Assembly (NCBI GenBank): GCA_013375475.1 | Contig: JABXKD010000079.1 | Coordinates: 1 to 16,203, forward strand | DNA: 16,203 bases | Reading direction: 5' to 3' | DNA from: Promethearchaeota archaeon | GTDB lineage: Archaea; Asgardarchaeota; Lokiarchaeia; Sigyniarchaeales; SOKP01 | Shown here: piece after piece, positions 16,032 to 16,203 of the stretch | Numbering within the stretch: the stretch's first letter is position 1 | How the letters are laid out: every line of letters begins with the position of its first letter | The notes under the pieces: generated by a model | Seen by the model: only the letters and a program-made list of their open reading frames with translations | Databases searched by the model: none | Told to the model about the DNA's origin: nothing | Translations under genes and position numbers: made by a program

Positions 16032-16203
16032 TTTTATTTCCTCTTTAGATTATTACATTTTTATTCGGATTTTAGATAACTTGCAATTAAAATTAATTCA
16101 GAGCTCTTATTTAAGTATTTACATTCTTGTCTATGATATATTATTCAATAAAATTTTAAAAATTGAAGAAAATAAACTAAGAATAGTGGAGTTAGAGATT
16201 AAT

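Noticed and set aside
15130-16200. Short direct matches AGAATAGTG (15130-15138, 16180-16188) and AGTTAGAGATT (15169-15179, 16190-16200) flanking the last two genes
   Set aside because: 9-11-nt matches are expected by chance in AT-rich DNA of this length, the spacing differs between copies, and the second copy is at the window edge, so a target-site duplication cannot be supported.

Overview
AT-rich archaeal window, most likely Asgard/Lokiarchaeia-like. That placement is an inference from the gene set, GGAGGT/GGTGA ribosome-binding sites, oligo-T terminators and very AT-rich intergenic DNA. Left to right: (i) a minus-strand group 3c [NiFe]-hydrogenase operon, mvhG-mvhA. mvhA is missing from the ORF track and runs off the window, and MvhG has a duplicated 8-Cys Fe-S domain. 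(ii) A divergent Lrp/AsnC regulator with a Cys-rich tail. (iii) A minus-strand hdrC-hdrB-fdhA operon (Cys-type FdhA, no fdhB or hdrA) divergent from a formate/nitrite (FNT) channel with an extra hydrophobic C-terminal extension. (iv) Two hypothetical genes and a probably decayed segment. (v) A tusA-yeeE-dsrE-dsrF-dsrH sulfur uptake/relay operon preceded by a ModE-box-like palindrome. (vi) A phytol/farnesol-kinase-like gene paired with isopentenyl phosphate kinase. (vii) A YgbA-family gene and a small hypothetical gene. A ~92-bp direct repeat (2603-2694 and 10551-10643), corresponding to the mvhG promoter region, brackets the ~8-kb formate/Hdr block. The best candidate for an undescribed system is a formate/H2-fed HdrBC module co-located with a persulfide relay. 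No rRNA, tRNA, CRISPR array, transposase or in-frame UGA (Sec) codon was recognised.
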